Shown one piece after another: positions 9,440-19,689 of a stretch of DNA of 47,619 bases. The notes beneath the pieces were generated by a model. It ran no database searches. It was not told the DNA's origin and saw only the letters and a list, made by a program, of their open reading frames with translations. Source of the DNA: an uncultured Gemmatimonadaceae bacterium (lineage in GTDB: Bacteria; Gemmatimonadota; Gemmatimonadetes; Gemmatimonadales; Gemmatimonadaceae); the NCBI GenBank assembly GCA_963822945.1, contig CAWGJO010000013.1, positions 1-47,619 on the forward strand, read 5' to 3'. The position numbers and the translations under genes were made by a program. Within the stretch, counting starts at the first letter, position 1. Every line of letters starts with the position of its first letter.

Positions 9440-12127
9440 ATGCCTGACGCCCTCGCCCGCCTGAGTACTGCCCTCTCGGATCGCTATCGCATAGAGCGCG
9501 AGCTGGGCGCGGGCGGCATGGCCACGGTCTACCTGGCCCACGACGTGAAGCACGATCGGGAGGTCGCGGTCAAGGTGCTGCGCCCGGAATTGGCCGCGGT
9601 GATCGGCGCCGACCGCTTCCTGTCCGAGATCAAGACCACCGCCAACCTGCAGCACCCCCACATCCTGCCGCTGCACGACTCGGGCGAGGTGGACGGGACG
9701 CTGTTCTACGTGATGCCCTACGTGGAGGGCGTCTCGCTCCGCGACCGCATCAGCCACGAGCACCAGCTTCCGGTTGCCGAGGCGGTCCGCATCGCGAGCG
9801 AAGTGGCCGACGCGCTGCAGTACGCCCACGACCACGGCGTGATCCATCGCGACATCAAGCCGGAGAACATCCTGTTGCAGGGCGGGCATGCCCTGGTCGC
9901 CGACTTCGGCATCGCATTGGCGGTGAGCACGGCCGGCACCCGCATGACCGAGACCGGCATGTCGCTCGGCACGCCGCACTACATGAGTCCCGAGCAGGCG
10001 ATGGGCGAGCGGGAGATCACGGCACGCAGCGACGTCTATGCGTTGGGCGCGGTGCTGTACGAGATGCTCGCGGGCGAGCCGCCCTTCACCGGCCCCACCG
10101 CGCAGGCGATCGTCGCGAGGGTCGTGACCGAGACCCCGCGGTCGCTGATCCCGAATCGCCACACCGTGCCGCCCAATGTGGACGCGGCGGTGCTCACGGC
10201 GCTGGAGAAGCTGCCGGCCGACCGGTTCGGTACGGCGCGCGCGTTCGCCGATGCGCTCGCGAGTCCCCAGTTCACGCGCAGTGGCACCGTCGCGGCTACC
10301 GGCGCGGATGCAGTTCACGCGGTCGGTGCGGGTCCGGCGCGGCGCCGGTCGCGCTTCAGCGATCCCGTCGTCGTGGGCCTCGGCGCCGTGACCGTCGCGT
10401 CGCTGGCGTTCGGTGCTTTCATGTGGCGCCACCGGCCGGCGCCCGCCGATACACCGGTGATCCGCTTCCTCTACACCGGCAGCGACAGCGCGCCGATCAC
10501 GTATCCGCCGCCGTGGCCGGCGGCCATCTCTCCCGACGGCAGCATGCTCGTGTTCTCGGTGCTGCGGCCGGACGGATCCTCGATCTTCGAGCTTCGCCGC
10601 AGCGACCAGCTCGACGCGCATCCGATCCCCGGCACGACCAACGCGACTCAGCCGCTCTTTTCGCCCGATGGAAAGTGGTTGGCGTTCGAGGCGGACAACA
10701 AGGAAAAGAAGGTTCTACTCGACGGCAGCGCCCCGGTGACCATCACCGCGGGGGGCTTCGACAACGGCGCCGATTGGACGACCACCGGCATGCTCGTCGT
10801 CGGCTCGACGGGCAACGCCCGCGGGCTGTCCAAGGTCAGCGTGGGCGGCGGGGACCTCACGCCCGTCACGCATCCCGACACCGGGAAGAACGCGGCGGAC
10901 CATCTGTGGCCCGTAGCATTTCCCGACGGAAAGACGGTGGCATTCGTCATCTGGCACGGCGCGCTCTCCAGTTCCGAGCTGGCGCTCGCGTCGCTGGACG
11001 GCGGGGCGGTGACTCCGCTGGGCCTCAAGGGAATTCGTCCACTCGTCGTTCTCGACGGCGCGCTGCTTTACGTCAAGGAAGACGGGACGGTGATGGCGGT
11101 CCCGGTAAATGAGCGCGCCCGCAAGGTCACCGGTGCGCCGGTGCCGGTGCACGACCCGGTGCAGGTGACCGGCGTCAACAACGGGAACTCCAGCGTGTTC
11201 GTGTCGCGGGGGGGCGCGCTGGTGGTGGGGGAGGGAACGGACAACGCGCAGCTCATGTCGGTCGATCGCAAGGGGCAACGGCACGTGCTGCTCCCCGCCG
11301 TCCGGAGCTTTGCGCAGCCCCGCCTTTCACCCGACGGGCGGCGCCTGGCCGTCGAAATCGCCGACGACCAACGAACCGATGTCTGGCTGCTCGATCTCCA
11401 GCAGGGGGTGCTGTCGCGGTTGACCAACACCCAGACGGTCGCAGCGGCGGAATGGACGGCGGACGGGAAGGCGATCGTCTTTGCCTCGTCGGCCGACTCG
11501 ATGCGTGGAGGGATCTGGCGGCAGGCGGTGACCCAGGCCCTTCCGCCCCGCCTGCTCCTTGCCTCTCCCGATCTGGTCACCCAGGCGGTGCCCTCGCCCG
11601 ACGGCAAGTCGCTCCTGTACGGCTTTCTGGGACCGAGCAGCTTCAAGCTCGCTCGCGTCCCACTCGATTCGATCTCTGCCACACGGCCATTTGCCTCGTC
11701 ACCCGGCCTACAGGCAGCCCCCGCGTTCTCGCCCGACGGGCACTGGGTGGCGCTCACCAGCGACGAAACGGGGAAGGCGCAGGTCTACATCCGCTCCTAT
11801 CCGGACCCGACCGTGAAGCTGCAGGCCTCGGTCAGTGGGGGGGCCGCGCCCGAGTGGTCAGCCGACGGGAAGCGCCTCTACTATGTGGCGGGTAATGCCA
11901 TCATGGAGGCGCGCGTGGAGACCGCACCGACGCTTCGGGTGGTGTCACGTGACACGGCCTTCGCGAACATTCCAACTCCGCAGGCGTACTTCGGCACGCC
12001 GAACTACACCGTGACGCGCGACGGGCTCCACGTCATCACACTCCTCCCGAAAGTGAGTACGTACCGCCTGATCGTCGTGCCCAACTGGCTGAGGGAGTTC
12101 CGGCAACGGATGGCAACCGCCAAATGA
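9440..12127 (+). CDS. Hanks-type Ser/Thr protein kinase with TolB/PD40 beta-propellers
   Basis: GAGGMATVY, HRDIKPEN, DFG, GTPHYMSPEQ; many SPDG repeats; typical LIVVPNW C-terminus. Confidence 0.93.
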   Translation: MPDALARLSTALSDRYRIERELGAGGMATVYLAHDVKHDREVAVKVLRPELAAVIGADRFLSEIKTTANLQHPHILPLHDSGEVDGTLFYVMPYVEGVSLRDRISHEHQLPVAEAVRIASEVADALQYAHDHGVIHRDIKPENILLQGGHALVADFGIALAVSTAGTRMTETGMSLGTPHYMSPEQAMGEREITARSDVYALGAVLYEMLAGEPPFTGPTAQAIVARVVTETPRSLIPNRHTVPPNVDAAVLTALEKLPADRFGTARAFADALASPQFTRSGTVAATGADAVHAVGAGPARRRSRFSDPVVVGLGAVTVASLAFGAFMWRHRPAPADTPVIRFLYTGSDSAPITYPPPWPAAISPDGSMLVFSVLRPDGSSIFELRRSDQLDAHPIPGTTNATQPLFSPDGKWLAFEADNKEKKVLLDGSAPVTITAGGFDNGADWTTTGMLVVGSTGNARGLSKVSVGGGDLTPVTHPDTGKNAADHLWPVAFPDGKTVAFVIWHGALSSSELALASLDGGAVTPLGLKGIRPLVVLDGALLYVKEDGTVMAVPVNERARKVTGAPVPVHDPVQVTGVNNGNSSVFVSRGGALVVGEGTDNAQLMSVDRKGQRHVLLPAVRSFAQPRLSPDGRRLAVEIADDQRTDVWLLDLQQGVLSRLTNTQTVAAAEWTADGKAIVFASSADSMRGGIWRQAVTQALPPRLLLASPDLVTQAVPSPDGKSLLYGFLGPSSFKLARVPLDSISATRPFASSPGLQAAPAFSPDGHWVALTSDETGKAQVYIRSYPDPTVKLQASVSGGAAPEWSADGKRLYYVAGNAIMEARVETAPTLRVVSRDTAFANIPTPQAYFGTPNYTVTRDGLHVITLLPKVSTYRLIVVPNWLREFRQRMATAK

Positions 12128-13065
12128 AACGTGTTTCCCTCGCGCTCGCCGCCCTGGTCGTCGTTCCCGCACTCGCGCAATCACAGCGGGGCGGCCGGGG
12201 AGCGCCCGCCGAGAACGCGGCCGCCGATACCGCCAGGGTCGTCCTGCTCGGCACCGGCACGCCGATCGCCGACCCCGACCGCTCGGGTCCGTCCACCGCC
12301 GTCGTCGTCGGCATGGATTCCTACATCGTGGATGCCGGCGCAGGCGTGGTGCGGCGCGCGGTTGCCGCGGCGCGCAAGGATCACCTGCCCGCCTTGCAGG
12401 TGAGGAATCTCAAGCGGCTCTTCCTCACCCATCTCCATTCCGATCACACCATCGGACTGCCCGACATCATCCTGACGCCGGCGGTGCTGCACCGGAACGC
12501 ACCGCTCGAGGTGTGGGGACCCGAAGGCACGAAGGCGATGGTGGACCACATCCTGAAGGCCTACCGGGAAGACATCCGCCTCCGCGTCTACGGACTGGAG
12601 CACGGCGACTGGGCGGCGTATCACGTGATCGTGCACGAGATCAAGCCGGGCGTGGTCTACCGCGACTCCAACGTCACGGTCACCGCGTTCCCCGTGCACC
12701 ACGGCAGTTGGCCCGAGGCGCTCGGCTACCGCTTCGACGCCCGCGGCCGCAGCATCGTGATCTCCGGCGACGAGGCGCCGCCGCTCGACACCATCGCGCG
12801 CTACTGCAACGGCTGCGACGTCATGGTGCACGAGGTGTACTCCGCCAAGGGGCTGGCGCGCCTGGGCCCGGAGGACCGGGAGTACCACACGCACTTCCAT
12901 ACGTCGGGCATCGAACTTGGCGAGATGGCCGCCAAAGCGCAGCCGAAGCTGCTCGTGCTCACGCACTGGCTGTTCTTCGGCCAGACACCCGACGAGATCG
13001 TCGCCGAGGTGAAGTCGCACTTCACGGGCAAGGTCGCCGCCGGCGCCGATCTGGACATGTACTGA
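12124..13065 (+). CDS. Secreted MBL-fold metallo-hydrolase (RNase Z/arylsulfatase-like)
   Basis: Signal peptide, LLGTGTP, THLHSDH, ISGD, VHE, LVLTH; ATGA overlap with the kinase stop. Confidence 0.85.
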   Translation: MKRVSLALAALVVVPALAQSQRGGRGAPAENAAADTARVVLLGTGTPIADPDRSGPSTAVVVGMDSYIVDAGAGVVRRAVAAARKDHLPALQVRNLKRLFLTHLHSDHTIGLPDIILTPAVLHRNAPLEVWGPEGTKAMVDHILKAYREDIRLRVYGLEHGDWAAYHVIVHEIKPGVVYRDSNVTVTAFPVHHGSWPEALGYRFDARGRSIVISGDEAPPLDTIARYCNGCDVMVHEVYSAKGLARLGPEDREYHTHFHTSGIELGEMAAKAQPKLLVLTHWLFFGQTPDEIVAEVKSHFTGKVAAGADLDMY

Positions 13066-13089
13066 GCCGGCGGGTCAACTCCCGCCGGC
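13066..13089. terminator. Hairpin between convergent genes
   Basis: GCCGGCGGG-tcaact-CCCGCCGGC perfect 9-bp stem; no U tract. Confidence 0.35.
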
Positions 13090-14604
13090 GGTCCTCACCC
13101 GCTCGTAGTGCAGCGGTGACTGGGCCAACGAGACCCTGGTGACGCGCCCGAGCGCGTCCACGTCGAAGTTCACGTACGCCGTGCCGTAGAGGTGGTACCG
13201 CCAGGTGACCCGGAAGGTCTCGTCGTGCCAGTACGCCAGATCGCCGACGAAATCGGGGTTGCCGAGTCGCAGCACGAGATGCCCGTCTTCCACAGCAATG
13301 CGCGCGTCGCCGTCGAAGTCGTCGTGGTAGCGCGCGGCGTAGTCGCTCAACGGATGCGGTGCATGGCCGGCCGGATCGCGGGTCGCAGCCAACTTGTCGT
13401 CGGCCGTCTGCCCGGCCTTCAGGGCGCGCTGCATCGAAGCGAGCAGCGTGTCGCTGACGTTACCCTGTGGCAGCCCCAGGTAGGCGTTCAGCACCCGCTG
13501 GATGATGCCGAAGCGCGCGTCGTTCCCGTTCATGTTGGACATCACGGCCACGCCGAGCTGCGCGTCCGGTACCAACGCCACGGCCGAGGCCATTCCGTCG
13601 ATGTCGCCGGCGTGCCAGACGAGCGTGTGTCCCGCATAGTCCTGCACGAAGAGCCCGAGTCCGTAGGTGTAGAAGGTGCCGTTCGGAATCCAGGCGCGGA
13701 TCTCCCGCCCCACGCCGGAACTGGCCGACACCAGCATCTGCGGGGTTTCCATTTCGCGAACGATGGCCGAGTCGAGCACCGTCGTCCCCTCGTACCGGCC
13801 GCCGGCCAGGAGCATCAGCAGCCAGCGGCTCATGTCGTCGGCGCTGGAGTTGATGCCGCCCACCGGCGACACGATGTCCATGTTGTGCGGCCAGTAGCGG
13901 TGGATCTCCGCCACCTTGCCGTCCACCAGGCCGTGCGGCATGGCGACGTCGCTCGATGCCGCCAGCTCCGCCTCGGTGGTGACCGTGCGCGTCATGCCGA
14001 GCGGCGCGAACAGATGCTGCGCCACGTACTGGTTCCACGTCTCGCCGGTCACGGCCGGGATGAACCGGGCGGCGGTGAGGTAGAGCATGTTGTTGTAGCA
14101 GAACTGCGCCCGGAAGCCGTGGTCGGGCTGCTGGTACTGCAGCCGCGCGATCACGTTCGAGTCGTTGGACATGTACCACATCGGCGGATCGCAGTATCCA
14201 CTGCGGTGCGTCAGCAGGTCGCGCAGGGTGATCGACTCCGTCACGTACGGACTGCGGAGCCGGAAGGGCTTCACGTAGTCCACGACGCGCGCGTCCCAGG
14301 CCAACTTCTTCTCGGCCACGAGCGTTCCGAGCGCGGCGGCGGTGAACGCCTTGGTGTTGGAGCCGATGTCGAACAGCGTGTTGCCGTCCACCGCGCCGGG
14401 CTTGCCAAGCTCGCGCACGCCGTAGCCGCGGGCCATCACCACCCTGCCGTCCTTCACGATCGCGACGGCGAGCCCCGGTACCTGCCACTGCGCCATGACG
14501 TGCTGGACGTAGGCGTCGAAGCCGTTCAGCGGGGCGGGGGCCTGAGCAGACACGTCGGTGGCGAGCAGCGCACAGGCGATCGGGATCAGCAGCGAACGCT
14601 TCAT
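13075..14604 (-). CDS. Secreted serine hydrolase (beta-lactamase/AmpC-like family with C-terminal DUF3471-type domain)
   Basis: Signal peptide MKRSLLIPIACALLA, SxxK (SNTK), LLTHRSG, YxN (YNN), WHAG. Confidence 0.88.
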   Translation of the reverse strand: MKRSLLIPIACALLATDVSAQAPAPLNGFDAYVQHVMAQWQVPGLAVAIVKDGRVVMARGYGVRELGKPGAVDGNTLFDIGSNTKAFTAAALGTLVAEKKLAWDARVVDYVKPFRLRSPYVTESITLRDLLTHRSGYCDPPMWYMSNDSNVIARLQYQQPDHGFRAQFCYNNMLYLTAARFIPAVTGETWNQYVAQHLFAPLGMTRTVTTEAELAASSDVAMPHGLVDGKVAEIHRYWPHNMDIVSPVGGINSSADDMSRWLLMLLAGGRYEGTTVLDSAIVREMETPQMLVSASSGVGREIRAWIPNGTFYTYGLGLFVQDYAGHTLVWHAGDIDGMASAVALVPDAQLGVAVMSNMNGNDARFGIIQRVLNAYLGLPQGNVSDTLLASMQRALKAGQTADDKLAATRDPAGHAPHPLSDYAARYHDDFDGDARIAVEDGHLVLRLGNPDFVGDLAYWHDETFRVTWRYHLYGTAYVNFDVDALGRVTRVSLAQSPLHYERVRTAGGS

Positions 14605-14778
14605 GCTCGGGTGTTCCTCGGAGTTCGGCCGGAATGCGGCGGCGTGAGCGGCGCCCGGTCGCCGGACGTCGGCGAATCCGGGACGCGCGATAACATGCGC
14701 CGGTCCGGTGGTGCACGCCACCGCCCGCCTCGCTGGCGCGAATCGCCTGGCGAGCCCATTTTGGCCGTGCCCGTCGTT

Positions 14779-14808
14779 CCCCCGCCCCCGCCCCCGCCCC
14801 CGCCCCCG
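14779..14808. repeat. (CCCCCG)x5 tandem repeat
   Basis: Five exact hexamers directly upstream of the esterase RBS. Confidence 0.9.
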
Positions 14809-14824
14809 TCTCCGAGAGAGACCC

Positions 14825-16075
14825 ATGACCCGCAACGTACGACTCCTGCTGTCCACTGCGGCGGCGCTGATTCTCGTCGCCCCCGCGCCCGCGGTCCGCG
14901 CACAGGATGCGGCCGTCGCGCCCTGGATCACCGACACGCTCCAGTCGACAACGCTGCACACGCCGCGCGTCCTGTCCATCGCGCTTCCCACGGGCTACAA
15001 GGCGAGCACCGACAGCTTTCCCGTGCTCGTGCTGCTCGACGCCGACGACCGCCCGCAGTTCGAGGCCGCGGTGGCCAACGCGAACTTCCTCGCCAGCCGC
15101 GGGGAGATTCCCGGCCTCATCATCGTCGGCGTCGTGAACGGCAAGGACCGCTCACACGACATGACGCCGCCGGCCACGGGGGAAACGGCCAAGCTCATCC
15201 CCACCGCCGGGGGCGCAGATGCATTCGAGACCTTCATCGTCGACGAGGTGCTTCCCTACGTCCGCGGCAAGTACCGCGCCCGGCGCGTGACCGTGCTTGC
15301 CGGCCACTCGCTGGGTGGCCTCTTCGGGCTTTACCTGGCCGCCAAGGGCGAGAACCCGTACCAGGGCATCATCGCCATGAGTCCGTCCCTCTGGTGGAAC
15401 GACTCGACGGTCGCTCACGAGTACGCGGACCGCGTCGCCCGGCTGACCACCGGGCAGCGGATCTTCGTCGCCAGCGGCGCCTTCGAAACGCCGATCGACG
15501 TGACCGCACGCCGGTTCATTGCCCGGCTCGACACGCTGAAGCCCCATGGCGTCCACTACGCGTACCATCGCTACACGGACGACACGCACGCACTCACTCC
15601 GCAGCCGAGTCTCATCGCCGGATTGCGCTTCGTATTCGAGCCCGTTTCGGTCGCCCGGCTCCCCCTCTCGAATCCGAGTATGCAATGGGACTCGGCGGCC
15701 TGGGTCCATTCGGTGACCGCCTCCGAGACGACGTACGCCCGCGGCGCCCGCACGCTCGGACTCCCGAGCGCGCTGCCCGAAGCGCTGCTGAACCAGTACG
15801 GCTATGGGGTGCTGCAGGAAATGAAGCAGCCCGGGGTCGCCACCTGGATGTTCAAAGAAAATGTGACCCACTATCCGTCATCGAGCGGCGCCCACGACAG
15901 CTACGGCGACGGACTGCTCGCCGAGGGCGACACGACCGCCGCCATCGCGCAGTACGAGCAGTCGGTGAAGCTGTCGGAGGCCGTGCACGACACGGCCTCG
16001 GCGAAACTCACGCGCGACAAGCTGCAGAAGCTCGAGCAGGCGGTGCACCGGACGGGTGGCAAGCGCGAGAAATAG
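14825..16075 (+). CDS. Secreted alpha/beta hydrolase (IroE/putative esterase family) with C-terminal TPR-like helices
   Basis: Signal peptide, LPTGY..FPVLVLLD, GHSLGG nucleophile elbow, SPSLWW, TPR-like AHDSYGDGL..AIAQYEQS. Confidence 0.85.
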   Translation: MTRNVRLLLSTAAALILVAPAPAVRAQDAAVAPWITDTLQSTTLHTPRVLSIALPTGYKASTDSFPVLVLLDADDRPQFEAAVANANFLASRGEIPGLIIVGVVNGKDRSHDMTPPATGETAKLIPTAGGADAFETFIVDEVLPYVRGKYRARRVTVLAGHSLGGLFGLYLAAKGENPYQGIIAMSPSLWWNDSTVAHEYADRVARLTTGQRIFVASGAFETPIDVTARRFIARLDTLKPHGVHYAYHRYTDDTHALTPQPSLIAGLRFVFEPVSVARLPLSNPSMQWDSAAWVHSVTASETTYARGARTLGLPSALPEALLNQYGYGVLQEMKQPGVATWMFKENVTHYPSSSGAHDSYGDGLLAEGDTTAAIAQYEQSVKLSEAVHDTASAKLTRDKLQKLEQAVHRTGGKREK

Positions 16076-16214
16076 GGCCGGATGGCCCGATCGGCGAAAC
16101 CACCTCGCGCGCGGCCCCGTATCGGCACATGTTTCCCAAGCGTTCCGAAACCAGGGATCGGCAATCCAGGCCACCTCCCGCCGCCGGCCCGTACACTCTC
16201 GCCGGAGTCTCCGC

Positions 16215-19200
16215 ATGTTGTCTCGCACCCGCGTGCTCTCCCTCGCTCTCGTTCTCGGCCTGACCCCCACAGCGCTCTTCGCCCAATCCACGCACCTGCT
16301 CCATCAGCCGGACGTCAGCGCCAAGTACGTCGCCTTTGCGTACGCCGGCGACATCTGGGTGGCCCCGCGCGACGGCGGCGACGCGCGCCGCGTGACCTCC
16401 TCGCCGACGGTCGAGTCCGATCCGCACTTCTCGCCCGACGGCAAGTGGATCGCATTCTCCGGCGAGTACGGCGGCAATCCCGACGTCTACGTCGTGGGCG
16501 TGGACGGCGGCACGCCGCGGCGCCTCACCTGGCATCCGGCGCCCCGACGCCGTGCGCGGGTGGACCCCCGACGGCGACAGCGTCGTGTTCGAGTCCACGC
16601 GCACCGGCATGCCCGACGGGGAGCCGCAGCTATGGACGGTGTCGATCAACGGCGGCCTTCCGCATCGGCTTCCGGTGCCGCGCGCGCTCTACGGAGCCAT
16701 CTCACCCGACGGCAAGGCACTGGCCTACCAGCTCGACCGCCCGTGGGAAACCGAGATGCGGCGCTACCGTGGCGGCCAGAATCAGCCCATCCGCGTGCTC
16801 GAACTCAAGTCCTACGCCATGGCCAAGCTGCCGTGGACCGACAGCCGCGACCAGCAGCCGGTGTGGCTGGGCAGCACCATCTACTTCATCTCCGACCGCG
16901 ACTGGACCAACAACCTCTGGTCGTACGACACGAAGACCAAGGCGCTCAAGCAGATCACGCACTACACCGACTATGAGGTGGAGAGCGTGAACACCGGCGC
17001 CGGGCTCGTGGCCTACGCGCAGGCCGGCGACGTCCATCTGTACGATCCCGCCACCGGGCAGCGACCGCAAGCTCGACATCCGCGCCACCGGCGACTTCCC
17101 GTGGGCCATGCCCCACGCCGCCGACGTCTCCAAGGCCCTCATCGCGCCGCAGCTCTCGCCCACCGGCGTGCGCGCGCTGTTCGAAGCGCGCGGCGACGTG
17201 ATCACCGTGCCCACCGACAAGGGCACCTGGCGCGACCTCACCAATTCGTCGGGCGTCGCCGACCGCACGCCCGTCTGGTCGCCCGACGGCACGCAGATCG
17301 CCTGGTTCAGCGACAGCACGGGCGAGTACCAACTCATGGTGGGCGGGCAGGACGGCCTCACCCCGCCCAAGGCCTACAAGCTCCAGCACCCGACCTACTT
17401 CTACACGCCCCGAGTGGTCGCCCGACGGCAAGAAGATCCTGTTCACCGACGCCGAGATGAATCTCTGGGTGCTGGATCTCGCCACCGGCAAGGAGACGCA
17501 CGTCGACCAGGGCAACTATACCTGGCCCAATCGCGATCTCGCGCCCTCCTGGTCGCCCGACTCCAAGTGGATCGCCTACCAGAAGCGGCTCATGGGGTCG
17601 CAGTTCCACGCCGATCTTCGCGTACAACGTGGCCGACAACGCCACGCACCAGCTCACCGACGGCCTCTCCGACGTGATCGATCCCACGTGGGGCAAGAGC
17701 GGCAAATATCTGCTCTTCCTCGCGTCCACGGACTTCGCGCTCCACACCGGCTGGCTCGACATGAGCTCGTACAACCAACCCGTCGAGCGCGCCATCTACC
17801 TCGCCGTCCTCTCCAAGGCCGACCAGTCACCGCTGCTCCCACAGACGGGCGACGAACCCGCCGACACCGGGAAGAAGGCCAAGCCCGACAGCGGCAAGAA
17901 GCCGGGGGCCGAGCCGGTATCGGTGCACATCGACTTCGACGGGTTCATGCAGCGCATCGTCGCGCTCAACGTGCCCAGCCGTGACTACGCCAACCTGGAG
18001 GCCGGGCGCCCGGGCGAATTCTTCTACGTGGAGCACGTGCCCAACCACGCCGACGTGCTGCACCGCTACGACCTCAAGGAGCGCAAGGCGGTGGACTTCA
18101 TCGAAGCTTCCGCCGACGACTACGCGCTCTCGTTCGACGGCAAGAAGCTGCTGTATCAGGGCGCGATGCCCAGCGGCCGTCCCAACGGGCACTGGGCCGT
18201 GGTCGACGCCACCGGCAAGCCGCCGGCCGCCGGCACCGGCGCGCTCAACACGGCCGACCTCAAGATCGACATCGATCCGCCCGCCGAGTGGCGACAGATC
18301 TTCGACGAAGCGTGGCGCATCGAGCGCGACTATCTGTACGTGGCCAACATGAACGGCCAGAACTGGCCGGCCATGAAGCAGAAGTACGCCAAGTTCCTGC
18401 CGTACGTCCGCCACCGCGCCGATCTCACCACGCTGCTCGCGCAGATGCAGGGCGAACTCACGGTGGGCCACAGCTTCACGGGCGGCGGTGACATGCCCAG
18501 GGCCGACGCGCTTCCGGCCGGCCTGCTCGGCGCCGACCTCGCCGTGGAGAACGGCCGCTACCGCATCACCAAGATCTACGACGGCGAGAACTGGAACCCG
18601 AATCTCCGCGCGCCGCTCTCGGCGCCGGGCGTGAACGTGCACGCCGGCGACTACATCCTGGCCGTCAACGGCCGCAACCTGGCCCCCACCGACAACCCGT
18701 ACTCGCTGTTCATCGGCACGGTGGGCAAGCAGGTGCAACTCCGCGTCAACGACCGGCCGACGGTCGACGGCTCGCATCTCATCACCGTGGTGCCCACGGG
18801 CAGCGAGATGGCGCTGCGCGAGCGCGATTGGATCGAGTCGAACCGCCGCCTGGTGGATTCCCTCTCCCACGGCCAGCTCGCCTACGTCTACATCCCCGAC
18901 ACCGGCGAGGGCGGGTACACGAGCTTCAACCGCTACTACTTCGCCCAGCAGGAGAAGAAGGGCGCCGTGATCGACGAGCGGTTCAACCACGGCGGCAGCA
19001 TTGCCGACTACATGATCGACGTGATGACCCGCCACCTGCACGGCTACTTCAGCCAGCGGCTCGGCAATCGCTACAACGCCGTCACCGCGCCGGCCGCCGC
19101 CATCTGGGGGCCCAAGGTGCTGATCATCAACGAGATGAGCGGCTCGGGCGGCGACATGTTCCCGTACATGTTCCACCAGATGAACATCGGACCGCTCATC

Positions 19201-19500
19201 GGCACCAAGACGTGGGGCGGACTCGTGGGGTGGGGCGGAGAGCCGCCGTTCGTGGACGGCGGGTTCATCAGCGCGCCGAGCACGGGCTTCTACAATCCCG
19301 ACGGCCAGTGGGACGTGGAGAACAAGGGCGTGTCACCCACCATTCCGGTGGAGCAGGAGCCGGCGCAACAGATCGCGGGCCACGATCCGCAGCTCGAGCG
19401 CGCCGTCGCCGAAGCGATGAAGCTGCTCCAGGAGCATCCGGTGCATCTGAAGCCGGTGCCGCCGGGGCCGGATCGGACGAAGGTGGGGGGTGGGGAGTAG
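16215..19500 (+). CDS. Tricorn protease homolog (S41 family; propellers, PDZ, catalytic domain), several frameshifts at 16.5-17.6 kb
   Basis: AFAYAGDIWV, FSPDGKWIAF, EWRQIFDEAWR, DERFNHGG, GSGGD catalytic Ser, IGTKTWGGLVG, DPQLERAV. Confidence 0.9.
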
Positions 19501-19508
19501 GGGGAGGG

Positions 19509-19561
19509 CGGTCGGACAGTCGGACAGTCGGACAGTCAGACAGTCGAACAGCGAAACAGCG
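19509..19561 (+). repeat. Octamer tandem array (GTCGGACA)n decaying to AACAGCG units
   Basis: gtcggaca x3, gtcagaca, gtcgaaca, gcgaaaca. Confidence 0.9.
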
Positions 19562-19689
19562 TTAGGGGCGGGCCGGGGGTGCGAGAGCGCCGCCGGCCCG
19601 TCGCGCGTTCGTCAGCCGATCACGTCACCGAGTGCGCAGCGGAAGCCGGGGAGCACGTCCTCGTCATCCGGACCACGCCGAGGGCCCAG

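Noticed and set aside
13075..14604. Beta-lactam resistance locus (serine hydrolase, MBL, BlaI/BlaR)
   Set aside because: The hydrolases belong to broad non-resistance families, the genes are unlinked, and the M56 protein lacks a penicillin-binding domain.
16500..17640. Programmed frameshifting or true pseudogene in tricorn (also CocE, potA)
   Set aside because: Multiple scattered indels with no evident slippery sites and intact catalytic motifs; sequencing error is more parsimonious.
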